From Alphaproteobacteria bacterium (GTDB lineage Bacteria; Pseudomonadota; Alphaproteobacteria; RF32; CAG-239): DNA of 64,000 bases. Positions within the stretch are counted from its first letter, which is position 1; every line of letters begins with the position of its first letter. Below, piece after piece: positions 55,145 to 64,000 of this stretch. The position numbers were made by a program, and so were the translations under genes. The notes below the pieces were generated by a model. The model was not told the origin of the DNA, did no database searches, and worked only from the letters and a program-made list of their open reading frames with translations. The stretch spans positions 10,706 to 74,705 of the forward strand of contig JAZQTW010000015.1 in NCBI GenBank assembly GCA_045630985.1, written 5' to 3'.

Positions 55145-56341
55145 TTATGATAGTTTTTTGCTTTTTGTAATTTGATTGGAGAGGATTATGCTTAAGTGTC
55201 CAACATATGCCAAAACCATGCTTAGGCCTAAGATTAGATATTTTAATAGGTAATCTCCACCTATTAAGGAAATTAAGATTATTACTCCAAACCCAATAAT
55301 GCGACCAAAATTTAGCACAAATTCTCGTAAAGCTATATATTCTGCGCGGTAATGTACGATGATAGATTTATCTTGAGATATTTTGTACATGTTGATTTCT
55401 GTGATGGTGCGTAGAGCTTCTCCTGCGCTTGCAAATATGAGATTATAGAGAATGAACGATAGTTTTGTTGTATCAAAAACAAAGTATGATGTTGCTATTA
55501 CAACCATGAGGCTGCTGAAGAAAAGTATCTTTTTAAACGATGTAAAATTACAATATTTTCCTAATATGTAATCTATTGTAACGGCCGAAATTGCAAAAAT
55601 TGAAGTGAAAATACCCAAGTTTAGGTTTGTTTTGAACATATATATAATATAGAGAACTATTAATATATCTGTTATATCTAGAACTGTTCCTTTTAGTAGT
55701 TCGATTTTTAGCGAGTTTTTAATTTTTTCTCTGCGAGTTGCTAAAATCCACAAAGATTTAATATTAAACTTCTTTGCTTTTGATAGTGTTTCTTTTAAGA
55801 AAAATGATAGAAATAGCTGGATTATGGTTAGAACTAAGACGATTATTGCTGTATTGATGAAAGAGTTTAGAGTAATTAGATAGCCTAATATTATTGGCAT
55901 TATTATTTTTGTTATGCCTGAAAATACATAGGAATATCCGGTATATTTGATAATTTGGTTGCCATTTGCAAATTGTGAAATTAGGAGATTTTGTGGGAAC
56001 CAGTAAAACATTTTTTCTAGTCCCAATATTAGTCCTAGTATCCAAATATGTTCTATTATGTTTTCTTTTAGGTAGATTATAGCTAATAGAAGTAAAGCGT
56101 TTGTAAAAAAGCTTAGGCGATATAGAAAAAGTTTTTTACCATTTTTTACTAGTGGTCCAATGAGGGTGAAGCCGACCATTAGTAATAAATAAGTGAAAAT
56201 ATAAAATAAGGATGCTGGGATGATGTTGTTATTAGTTATGTTTAGAAAGTATGCTACTAAAAATGTAGAGTAAAATAGGTTTATTATAGTGTGTATGGTA
56301 TTGATGATAATTAATAACCATGAGTTTTTGTTGAGTTTCAT
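55145..56341 (-). CDS. polytopic membrane transporter, MFS-like (≈12 TM)
   Basis: 398 aa, two 6-TM halves separated by a basic loop. Confidence 0.55.
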   Translation of the reverse strand: MKLNKNSWLLIIINTIHTIINLFYSTFLVAYFLNITNNNIIPASLFYIFTYLLLMVGFTLIGPLVKNGKKLFLYRLSFFTNALLLLAIIYLKENIIEHIWILGLILGLEKMFYWFPQNLLISQFANGNQIIKYTGYSYVFSGITKIIMPIILGYLITLNSFINTAIIVLVLTIIQLFLSFFLKETLSKAKKFNIKSLWILATRREKIKNSLKIELLKGTVLDITDILIVLYIIYMFKTNLNLGIFTSIFAISAVTIDYILGKYCNFTSFKKILFFSSLMVVIATSYFVFDTTKLSFILYNLIFASAGEALRTITEINMYKISQDKSIIVHYRAEYIALREFVLNFGRIIGFGVIILISLIGGDYLLKYLILGLSMVLAYVGHLSIILSNQITKSKKLS

Positions 56342-56412
56342 TTTAGTATCCCTTTTCGTATAATTTGAGAGGGATTTTAGTGGTTAATAATTAAAATGGA
56401 TTTAAGAGTGGT

Positions 56413-57318
56413 TTAATTTATAACTAAATATGTTCCTAGCCCAATCAATAAAAACAAAATGAGCTTTTTGTTTAGTTCTTGTTTGGATAGATTTTCTAGA
56501 TAAGTTATTTTTTTGTTTTTGTTAAAGTAGATGCTAATGATTAAAACGAAAATAGGAGTGGTTGATGATATTGATACTTTGGTAATGGCTGATATATGTG
56601 GCAGAATAAAGCTTATGGTTAGTAGACCAATAAATGTAAATAGCTCCATGCTTAAAAATAGGTGTATGTCATTTTTGAAGTGGGTGTAGTGGTATTTTAT
56701 TTCTCTTTTTAGATGAGGCGATAAAAAGAGTAGAAAAGGGATGAATGTACTAAAAATAGATGGGTAAATCATAAGATTTATCCAAGAGGTGTCACTGTTT
56801 ATTGTATGCTTTTCTAGAACTAAAAAAGATGAGTGTATAAATGAGGATAACACCATTAAGTAGAAAGCTTTATTGATTTTTAGAGATTTTATTTTTTGAG
56901 AACTTAACGCTATAGTAGAGGATATTATTAGTGTAAAACCTAGGTATTGTATAGGCTTTAGTTTTTCATCTAAAAATATGTAAGTTAGTAAAGGCATAAC
57001 TATTCGGCCTAAGGAAAATAGAGCAGTGACAATAGATGCATCTATGTTTTTTAAGGCTTTGTAGTATGGAATTAGGTAGGATAAGTCTAATATTGCTAGT
57101 ATAAAATATAGGCTTAAGATGTGGTATGATGGTGGTGAGGGTTGGTTGACTAGCAATATTAGCGGAACAAATAATGCGTTTGTTATAGATTTATAAAAAG
57201 TTAGAACATAGGGATTGGAGAAGTTTTTATTTACAAGCATACTGTTGATTATATTGTTTATGGCAAACAATATAGGATATAAGAAGCTTATAACAATCCA
57301 AAAGTTAAGTTGAGGCAT
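56413..57318 (-). CDS. EamA/DMT-superfamily transporter
   Basis: ~10 TM, two EamA-like repeats (…YYKALKNIDASIVTALFSLGRIVMPLLTYIFLDEKL…). Confidence 0.6.
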   Translation of the reverse strand: MPQLNFWIVISFLYPILFAINNIINSMLVNKNFSNPYVLTFYKSITNALFVPLILLVNQPSPPSYHILSLYFILAILDLSYLIPYYKALKNIDASIVTALFSLGRIVMPLLTYIFLDEKLKPIQYLGFTLIISSTIALSSQKIKSLKINKAFYLMVLSSFIHSSFLVLEKHTINSDTSWINLMIYPSIFSTFIPFLLFLSPHLKREIKYHYTHFKNDIHLFLSMELFTFIGLLTISFILPHISAITKVSISSTTPIFVLIISIYFNKNKKITYLENLSKQELNKKLILFLLIGLGTYLVIN

Positions 57319-57320
57319 TC

Positions 57321-58277
57321 TTAAAATTTAATCAAACCTTGAGTAATAAGTACTTGTGAAGTTATGTATAATGTATAAACAACTACAAATAAAAAACCTT
57401 CCAATCTTGTTAAACGAGCTTTAGTCATCATTGCTGGATATAATATAACTGTAGCAAATAACATTACCCAAATATCATAATTAATAAATTGTGTAGGAAC
57501 AGGTACGTTGGTTATTGTAGATGTTGATCCCATTATAAAAACAATATTCCAAATGTTTGAACCAACAATATTACCAAGGGCAACACCTGTTTGCTTGCGA
57601 ATTGTTGCTAAAACGGTTGTTGCTAATTCTGGAAGAGATGTTCCTACGGCAATAATTGTTAAACCAATAGTTTCTTCTGATACGCCGAGTAATCTAGCCA
57701 TTTGAACAGCGCCTTTAACTAGGGTTTCTGCTCCGTATAAAATACCAATTAATCCTCCAGCAGTTAAAGATAATACGTATAACCAGTTTTTGTGAGCTAT
57801 AGGACTAGTGCCGTCTTCTGCAATATCTTCTTGTTTTGTGTTTTTGTAGTTGTGATATACAAACCATACGAGCATTATTAATAAGATAATGCCATGCCAT
57901 AAAACAAAAGTTCCTGAAAAAGCAAAAATATTAAAAAGTATACTTACGGCTAGTAAAAATTTGTAGTCTCTTAAAAAAATTCTACGACGACATTTGATAG
58001 GAGATATTAAGGCTGTGATTCCTAAAATTAGTAGGATGTTTGCTGTGTTAGAGCCGATAACATTTCCGAGAGAGATGCCTGCAGAGTTATTCATTGCGGC
58101 TTTAATGCTAACTACAAATTCTGGGGTTGATGTGCCAAAGGCAACAATTGTTAAGCCTACGATAATTGTTGGGATTTTTAGTTTGTTAGCAATAGCAACA
58201 GCGCCTTTTACAAGATATTCTGCGCCACCCATTAATAATACAAAACCTATTAGAATTAAAAATATTGAATAAAGCAT
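57321..58277 (-). CDS. calcium/sodium:cation antiporter (CaCA, YrbG-type)
   Basis: duplicated alpha-repeat GTSTPE… / GTSLPELATT… signatures. Confidence 0.85.
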   Translation of the reverse strand: MLYSIFLILIGFVLLMGGAEYLVKGAVAIANKLKIPTIIVGLTIVAFGTSTPEFVVSIKAAMNNSAGISLGNVIGSNTANILLILGITALISPIKCRRRIFLRDYKFLLAVSILFNIFAFSGTFVLWHGIILLIMLVWFVYHNYKNTKQEDIAEDGTSPIAHKNWLYVLSLTAGGLIGILYGAETLVKGAVQMARLLGVSEETIGLTIIAVGTSLPELATTVLATIRKQTGVALGNIVGSNIWNIVFIMGSTSTITNVPVPTQFINYDIWVMLFATVILYPAMMTKARLTRLEGFLFVVVYTLYITSQVLITQGLIKF

Positions 58278-58343
58278 TTGTTCCCTTTCTTAATGTTGTG
58301 TAGAGCTTATAGCATGTTTTATAGAAAAAGCAAGTATAGTATT

Positions 58344-58808
58344 TTAATTTACATCGCCAAGAATTATTGTTTCTTTTATTTCGTTTAATTTAGAAAGATA
58401 CGGAATGATTGCTTCGGGATAAAAATCTTCTTGGTCAAGTTTGCTTAATTCTAGCCATTTGATTTGCTGATCTTCTCCATCAGGTTCACTACCACAGGCA
58501 AGGGTGGAAAAATCTTTTACCTCACATTCAAACATTAATTCAGCTTGATGAAAAATATCATCATCTATCATTTGTGTATGGTTTTTTGCAATATAATCTC
58601 TGGCGAGTACAAGGCGGATAGGTTTTACATCTAGGCAAAGTTCTTCTTTACACTCTCTTATTAGAGCTTCTTGCATTGTTTCACCCCATTGATGCCCACC
58701 ACCAGGAAGTTTACAAAATCGTCCACGTCCGTAGTCACAACTCTCAACAAGTAGTTTGTTGTCTTTTATGATGATGGCTTTTATTGAATATCTGAATATT
58801 TTGTTCAT
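58344..58808 (-). CDS. NUDIX hydrolase
   Basis: Nudix box GGGHQWGETMQEALIRECKEELCLDV (Gx5Ex7REUxEExGU). Confidence 0.8.
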   Translation of the reverse strand: MNKIFRYSIKAIIIKDNKLLVESCDYGRGRFCKLPGGGHQWGETMQEALIRECKEELCLDVKPIRLVLARDYIAKNHTQMIDDDIFHQAELMFECEVKDFSTLACGSEPDGEDQQIKWLELSKLDQEDFYPEAIIPYLSKLNEIKETIILGDVN

Positions 58809-58904
58809 AAATCCTCTCCTTTTTTAACCATATGGAGATTAGATGTATCTTGTTTAAATGTAAAGGCAAAAAAATAACCGATAGCAAGAGCTATCGGTTG
58901 AAAA

Positions 58905-59147
58905 TTACTTTTCTTGGCGCTTTTCCTTTTCTTCAGCAAAAAATTCATATTCAAATGATTTTTTTATAGAGAAACCTTTTTCTAGCTCGTCAAATAAGAG
59001 TTTGATTTGAGCATCAAGCTCTTCTGCAGACATTGTTTCTACTTTTGATGTTAGTTCTTTTTCCCATTTGCGCTCGACAAGAGCAAGACAAAAGTTTGCA
59101 ACACAAACAAGAACAACAATGCTGATGATGATTGTAAAAGCAAGCAT
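58905..59147 (-). CDS. small membrane-anchored protein with acidic tail
   Basis: single N-terminal TM helix; weak. Confidence 0.35.
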   Translation of the reverse strand: MLAFTIIISIVVLVCVANFCLALVERKWEKELTSKVETMSAEELDAQIKLLFDELEKGFSIKKSFEYEFFAEEKEKRQEK

Positions 59148-59312
59148 AATGATTATTATTTAATTGTGAGACATAATTATTTATTATTTGCAGGGCATAT
59201 TATAGTAATGTATTTATTTTTCAAGCTTTTTATGAAAATAAAGCTTGATTTTAAAATATTTGACATATATAATTTTTTTGTCAAATAAGCATATGTTTTA
59301 ATTTATATAGAT

Positions 59313-59843
59313 ATGGATGTTTTAAACAAAGAAACAGGGCACATCTTGTTAAATGTAGATTTTGAACCAGGATGTGGAATGAAAGTCGCTTCGCTTGCAC
59401 ATGCTTGCATGTTTCCTTCTCAACTTTTAGAGTGCTATGTATTGGTTATGGCCCAGGTACGTAAAGAACCTATTTGTGCTTCAATTGATGATATAGAATT
59501 CTTTGAGGTTTATGAACATGATTCTGAAAACCTTATTGGCGGGATGTATGCAATTGTAAAAGAGGGGCAGTATTTCTGTTCATTTATTGGTGATAATGAT
59601 GTTTTTGTTTTTACGGATGCTTCGTTTAAGTTTGTGAACTCAGAATATCTTTATCTTCCGCTAAAGTCAGAAAAAGATGCTGATTATTTTTTGGTTTGTA
59701 GATACGCTAAGGATAGTCAGCAACTTGAACCTTGCAACTTAAGAAAAAGAGTTGGTGGAAAAGAGGCTATTCTTTTAACCTTTACAAGATCTGCAAATAT
59801 ACCAGATGTTGTTAAGAGGTGCTACGAACTTATAGGAGAGTAG
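59313..59843 (+). CDS. hypothetical protein (176 aa)
   Basis: ORF followed by terminator GGCGC-tgtttg-GCGCC + T7. Confidence 0.45.
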   Translation: MDVLNKETGHILLNVDFEPGCGMKVASLAHACMFPSQLLECYVLVMAQVRKEPICASIDDIEFFEVYEHDSENLIGGMYAIVKEGQYFCSFIGDNDVFVFTDASFKFVNSEYLYLPLKSEKDADYFLVCRYAKDSQQLEPCNLRKRVGGKEAILLTFTRSANIPDVVKRCYELIGE

Positions 59844-59924
59844 TTGAATGAATTTAGGCGCTGTTTGGCGCCTGTTTTTTTATGAAAAAAACAGGTTGCC
59901 TTGTGGGGCAGCCTGTCGTTTCTT

Positions 59925-60164
59925 TTATTTCAGAAAGTCCATAAGTCTTTTTGCCATGTACTTTCCGTCTTCGTTGATGTCACACCTCTGTCCGTAGCAT
60001 GTTTCAGAGATATTTACCATTCTCTGTTCTACGGAGAGGATATCATCTGCGTAGAATACTTCTGCTGGTGTAGGACCTGCTGTTGGTAGTGTACCGAATT
60101 CTGATTTTGCGAATTGGTTGAGCTTCTCATCCGAAATTCGCTGATTGCTTTGCATCATAGTCAT
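59925..60164 (-). CDS. hypothetical small protein (79 aa)
   Basis: terminator hairpin CAGGCTGCCCC-acaa-GGCAACCTG + T7 downstream; no SD. Confidence 0.3.
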   Translation of the reverse strand: MTMMQSNQRISDEKLNQFAKSEFGTLPTAGPTPAEVFYADDILSVEQRMVNISETCYGQRCDINEDGKYMAKRLMDFLK

Positions 60165-60339
60165 AAAAATTTAATGTTTGTAGAGGTTATATCATATTTT
60201 TTTTAATGATGCAAGATTTTTTTGGCTAAAATGTTTAAGTTTTGACAAAATAAAATAAGAAAGAAAATACTTGAATATTTTTTTTGAGTATTATAGTGTG
60301 AAGCCATGTATTATACAATTATAGAATTTTAGAATTATT

Positions 60340-60756
60340 ATGGAGCAATCTAAACAGTATTACTCGGCAAGAATAGCTGAGTTTATTGAGAGACCTTATT
60401 TGGTTCAGCGTTGGTTCACAGAAAGAGGAGCGTATCGTTCTGTTAAAGAAATTGTAGATTTTTATCAGGTGATAAAGAACATGTGGTTCACACACCGAGA
60501 ACTCTTTTCTTGTAAAGGGCAGTACAAACAAGTTCGCAGAATGTTTGTGAAGTATGCAGCGAGTTCTTTTGCTTGTAGGACAATTCGGTGTGTAGAGCTT
60601 CCTGGAGACATGTGCAAAGAGATTTTGGACAAGGTAAATCAAGGCTGGATTTCATCTCTAATTGAAGTAGATGAAAAAATGTGGAGAATTCTTGTTAAGA
60701 AAGCGGTGGGTTATACTGGTAATAAACTTCATCCGTGGGAGAGGAATCCACTTTAA
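60340..60756 (+). CDS. hypothetical protein (138 aa)
   Basis: ORF with strong terminator (GACACTTGCT-a-AGCAAGTGTC + T6) at 60781-60812. Confidence 0.4.
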   Translation: MEQSKQYYSARIAEFIERPYLVQRWFTERGAYRSVKEIVDFYQVIKNMWFTHRELFSCKGQYKQVRRMFVKYAASSFACRTIRCVELPGDMCKEILDKVNQGWISSLIEVDEKMWRILVKKAVGYTGNKLHPWERNPL

Positions 60757-60808
60757 AAAAGGTTTTATGAGAGGGAAAAAGACACTTGCTAAGCAAGTGT
60801 CTTTTTTG

Positions 60809-61102
60809 TTAGAGAATGCTTTTTATTGCGGATAATATTGGATTCTTATTTGGAGATGATAAACTATAGTTAAATTGGTGGTTTTCTAATATTTGATTGA
60901 AATATACGATTATAAACATTCTTATACCGCATGTTAAACTAATATTTTCGTCTTTGTTTTTGTTTATTAAGTCAATTATGTTATTTCTTTTAACATTTTC
61001 ATTTTTACTAATTTCATCTAATGCTTTCCATTCTGCTTCAGCAAGGCGGACAGAGGTTTTTCTTTTAGATATAGTAATTACTTTGCTTATAAGTTCTACC
61101 AT
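60809..61102 (-). CDS. ribbon-helix-helix (RHH_4-type) domain protein, paralog 1
   Basis: KRKTSVRLAEAEWKALDEISKNENVKRNNIIDLI matches the TSxRLxxxxWxALxxIAxxEGxSxxxLIxxID pattern of RHH_4. Confidence 0.5.
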   Translation of the reverse strand: MVELISKVITISKRKTSVRLAEAEWKALDEISKNENVKRNNIIDLINKNKDENISLTCGIRMFIIVYFNQILENHQFNYSLSSPNKNPILSAIKSIL

Positions 61103-61158
61103 AATATATTCCTTGATGATCGGTTTATAAAAAAAATAAGTGCAGTCTCCTTAGATAA

Positions 61159-61455
61159 TTAAACAATGCCCTTGATTGCTTCAAATACTGGGCTATAAAA
61201 AACATCTGGAGATGTTTTTTTGTTTTCTTTTTTATCGTTTATGCAGATACTTTGATAAAGAATGCAAAATAACCTTATTGCGGAAGTTAAGCTAAAGGTT
61301 TCATCTCTGTTTATATCTATAAGTTCTAGTAATAATTTTCGTTTAATATTTTCTTTTTGACATATTTTTTCAAAAACTTCCCATTCAATGGCTGATAATC
61401 TAATGCTAGTGCGTTTTTGGTGAATTGATATTACTCGGCAAGTTTTTATAGACAT
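61159..61455 (-). CDS. ribbon-helix-helix (RHH_4-type) domain protein, paralog 2 (start placed at internal Met; track ORF extends to 61512)
   Basis: QKRTSIRLSAIEWEVFEKICQKENIKRKLLLELI; ~45% identity to paralog 1 over full length. Confidence 0.5.
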   Translation of the reverse strand: MSIKTCRVISIHQKRTSIRLSAIEWEVFEKICQKENIKRKLLLELIDINRDETFSLTSAIRLFCILYQSICINDKKENKKTSPDVFYSPVFEAIKGIV

Positions 61456-61592
61456 AGCACCTCCTATTGTTTTGTTTTTTGTTATAATAAAGGATATTTT
61501 TTTAATATGCAATTATTATTTTTCAATTAATGTAAAATATTTCTATTTTTTCTTGATTTAATTTTGTGATATAGGCTAAATATTGTTAATGA

Positions 61593-62225
61593 TTGAAGGA
61601 AAGAAAATATAATATGCAATTAGAAAGTAAAAAAATTATTTATTTGCAAAAAATGTATAATAAAATTCGTAAATACTGTTTGATGAATTTTATATATAAG
61701 AGTGAAGATGAAAGTGCTAAGGTTTTTGATAGTTTGCTAAATCGTGTTGAAAGATTGATAAATAATGTAAAATGCTGTGATGATACGCTTAGAAAGAAAC
61801 GAGTTTCTGATATAAAAAAAGTTGAAGATTTATCAAAGCGAGGTTTTTCTTATAAGTATATAAAAGACATTAGTAAGAAAGAGCAAACAGAAAATGATAA
61901 AATAAGAGAAAAAAAAGAATATATGAGTAAAATTATTTATGATGCTTATTTTAAAAAAAGAGAAAATGACAGAGATTTTGGAGGAGAATTAGACATATGG
62001 GGAAATTCTACTAAAGAATTTAAATTTATTATAAAGCAAGGTTTTGATAATCCGTATATTGAATTACAAAATATGAATCAAAAAAATGAAACTATTCTTA
62101 GTGTTGATAATACAATTAAGTTGATAGAGGATGTCGTAAATGTTTTTGAGAAACAAAAGTATAGAGATAAATTAAAAGATGATTTAATAAAAGTCTTTTT
62201 ATCATATGATATAGATTTACTATAA
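61593..62225 (+). CDS. hypothetical lysine-rich protein (210 aa)
   Basis: ORF only. Confidence 0.4.
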   Translation: MKERKYNMQLESKKIIYLQKMYNKIRKYCLMNFIYKSEDESAKVFDSLLNRVERLINNVKCCDDTLRKKRVSDIKKVEDLSKRGFSYKYIKDISKKEQTENDKIREKKEYMSKIIYDAYFKKRENDRDFGGELDIWGNSTKEFKFIIKQGFDNPYIELQNMNQKNETILSVDNTIKLIEDVVNVFEKQKYRDKLKDDLIKVFLSYDIDLL

Positions 62226-63188
62226 TAAAGAAATTTTATCGGCTATTTCTTTTGCAACATCTAATTTATGCTCTTGCTTGATTATATCTTCTGTTGAAAA
62301 AATATCATGGGCTATTTTTTGCTGATATAATGACTGAACAAATTTTAGATGTTTTTCTGTTAACCAATTGTTGCCCGTAAATATTCTAAGAGGTTTTTGT
62401 GTTGCTGTTGCTTCGCAACACATAGAGACAGAATCTCCTGTAACTATGAGATTATCAGCACATGAAAGGAAGCCTAAATAAGGATTTTTTCCTTTAGCCC
62501 CCCATAGATAGGCGTAGTTTGGAATATCTTTGAGAGTATCCATGATAAGGTTTTGAGCATCAATACCTGTTCTTCTAGATGTTGTAATTAGTAGAGAACC
62601 ACCCTCTTTTTCTTTTAGTCGTTTTGTTGCTTGGGCTAATTGTAGGGCATTATCTAAAGAAAAAGGATGTTTTTTTATTGATCCACCAATTATTAAAGCC
62701 GTTATTGGTTTGGGTAAATGTGAAAATTCATCTGACCATTCTTTTTTTGCATTAGATAATTTTTCATCTGTAACGAAATGGGGAGATCCAATAGTGTACA
62801 GGATATTATCTGCTTTAAATTTGTGTTGATCATGTTCTGGAACAAAAATTAAAGTGAAGTCTTTTATACCAGTTTTACCTATATGTAATAATTGTATTAG
62901 TTTTGTTTGTGGTGATTGTTTTTTTATCCATCGTGCGATTGGTGCAGTTCTTCTTGATGATGAGATTACAATATCAGGAAAAGAGTTGTTTAAAGATTGT
63001 TTTGTTTTTTTTGTTGTTCCAATTAGAGTTCGACCTCGTATGAAGTTTGGTAGTGCGGACAATTTATTGTATTCAATTTCTTTTTCTATAGTATTGAAGT
63101 TTTTTGTACTTAAATGATAAGCTATTCCTTCAGCTTGATGACGACTTCCAATACGATTATCTAATAAAATCCATACATTTTTTTTCAT
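62220..63188 (-). CDS. ELM1/DUF1022-family protein (GT-B-like)
   Basis: N-terminus VWILLDNRIGSRHQAEGIAYHL (W-L-D-x-G-x-NQ pattern) and C-terminal VTGDSVSMCCEA motif typical of the family. Confidence 0.6.
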   Translation of the reverse strand: MKKNVWILLDNRIGSRHQAEGIAYHLSTKNFNTIEKEIEYNKLSALPNFIRGRTLIGTTKKTKQSLNNSFPDIVISSSRRTAPIARWIKKQSPQTKLIQLLHIGKTGIKDFTLIFVPEHDQHKFKADNILYTIGSPHFVTDEKLSNAKKEWSDEFSHLPKPITALIIGGSIKKHPFSLDNALQLAQATKRLKEKEGGSLLITTSRRTGIDAQNLIMDTLKDIPNYAYLWGAKGKNPYLGFLSCADNLIVTGDSVSMCCEATATQKPLRIFTGNNWLTEKHLKFVQSLYQQKIAHDIFSTEDIIKQEHKLDVAKEIADKISLL

Positions 63189-63287
63189 AACGCAATCTTT
63201 TTATCTCATTTAAACAATTTATTAATTTATATATATTATAAGCATTAATATGCAAGCATAATTTTTTATTGTGAAGAGTATTTAATT

Positions 63288-63593
63288 ATGAAGAAAATTT
63301 TGATTTTAGGGATGTTTGGGTGTTTGTTTTTTGTTGAATCAGCAAATGCGCAAATGGCAGCGTTGAATGAGGCAAAATATATTACAACTCTAAAAGTAGT
63401 TGTTGATCATAAAATGAAAGATGTCGATATTGCTGATGATGTTGCGCAATTAAGAGAGCATCAGAAATTTAAACAGGATTTAGCTAAAATGTTAAAAAAA
63501 CTTGATAATTCACGTCCAAATGAAGCTAAAAATAGAAGAATAATGAAGATTTTGGAAAGAACAGGTAAAGAAATATATAATGAGTTAAGATAG
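63288..63593 (+). CDS. small secreted protein with signal peptide
   Basis: MKKILILGMFGCLFFVESANA|Q. Confidence 0.45.
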   Translation: MKKILILGMFGCLFFVESANAQMAALNEAKYITTLKVVVDHKMKDVDIADDVAQLREHQKFKQDLAKMLKKLDNSRPNEAKNRRIMKILERTGKEIYNELR

Positions 63594-63600
63594 GAGATTT

Positions 63601-63954
63601 ATGATGAAGAAGTTTTTATTATTTGTTGCAGTTGTAATGTTGAATGCTTGTTCAACAAGTTATGTATTAATGGATGATAAAGAGCCTGTTTTGAACGAGG
63701 TAGATAGACCATATAGCGAAAATATGGTTAGTGAAGAGCGTTTGATTTCTGGTAACGATGTTTTTGTTGTTGGTGAGGGTGATGATTTTGTAACTTATCA
63801 ATATAGAAATGTTCGAGTTGATGAAATCTCTCCTTTAGCGTCATTGTATTGTGCTGATGTATCCTATGGCGGTTCTCCTTATTTGAGAGAGGTTAGTATT
63901 TATCATAATGGATTTATGAGAGCGACATTTGATTGTGTAAGTCTTGCAATATAA
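63601..63954 (+). CDS. small lipoprotein
   Basis: lipobox VMLNAC; followed by terminator hairpin 63956-64000. Confidence 0.5.
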   Translation: MMKKFLLFVAVVMLNACSTSYVLMDDKEPVLNEVDRPYSENMVSEERLISGNDVFVVGEGDDFVTYQYRNVRVDEISPLASLYCADVSYGGSPYLREVSIYHNGFMRATFDCVSLAI

Positions 63955-64000
63955 AAAAATCTCCCCTATATTAAGATATGTTAATAAGGGGATTTTTTAT

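Noticed and set aside
1-64000. CRISPR arrays, rRNA genes, IS elements/transposases, integrases
   Set aside because: Scanned for regularly spaced short direct repeats, rRNA-like conserved stretches, DDE/tyrosine-recombinase motifs in all ORFs; none seen.

Overview
This 64 kb window is an AT-rich bacterial chromosome segment. Its housekeeping gene content and order look alphaproteobacterial; a Rickettsiales/Holosporales-like reduced genome is my inference, not a verified assignment.

Housekeeping genes I recognise: rpsA (5' portion), gmk, cysK, an lptF/G-type permease, ybgC-ruvB-ruvA, ruvC-yebC, rarA, rluC, asmA, acyP, trxB, ychF, pth, rplY, pssA, pfk, a yejA/yejB-like ABC pair, accA, hsp20, rsmE, cmk and rpmB.

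Three tRNA genes are present: Leu-TAA (24.3 kb), Arg-CCG (44.0 kb, minus strand) and Pro-GGG (44.6 kb). Each abuts orphan or accessory genes. I saw no CRISPR array, rRNA, transposase or integrase.

Strongest candidates for novelty:
1. 7.6-10.7 kb: a compact three-gene cassette of a lipoprotein retropepsin-like peptidase, a 7TM protein with an inactive-transglutaminase-like ectodomain, and a RimK-type ATP-grasp ligase. This looks like a membrane-associated peptide or amino-acid ligation/processing system.
2. 44.6-45.7 kb: tRNA-Pro is followed by two further partial copies of its own 3' end. One sits inside a 3'-half pseudo-tRNA carrying an ~80-nt T-loop insertion. Copies B and C bracket a lone GNAT gene. 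An accessory region follows to ~54.6 kb with a patatin-like phospholipase/CYTH/unknown operon and several large domain-less proteins.
3. 49.58-49.82 kb: a consensus sigma70-type promoter, then a 28-codon uORF containing an (AC)10 microsatellite that ends in TAA, then a strong intrinsic terminator 22 nt before the RBS of a 623-aa orphan gene. Changing the repeat number would move the uORF stop onto or through the terminator, so this is a candidate repeat-length-dependent attenuator.
4. Two families of duplicated regulatory DNA. A 27-nt promoter core is shared by the 623-aa and 183-aa genes. A ~100-nt promoter/5' leader is shared by the 416-aa and 338-aa minus-strand orphan genes, both of which lack a Shine-Dalgarno sequence.

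All product calls are from reading the translations against motifs I remember. No database search was run.
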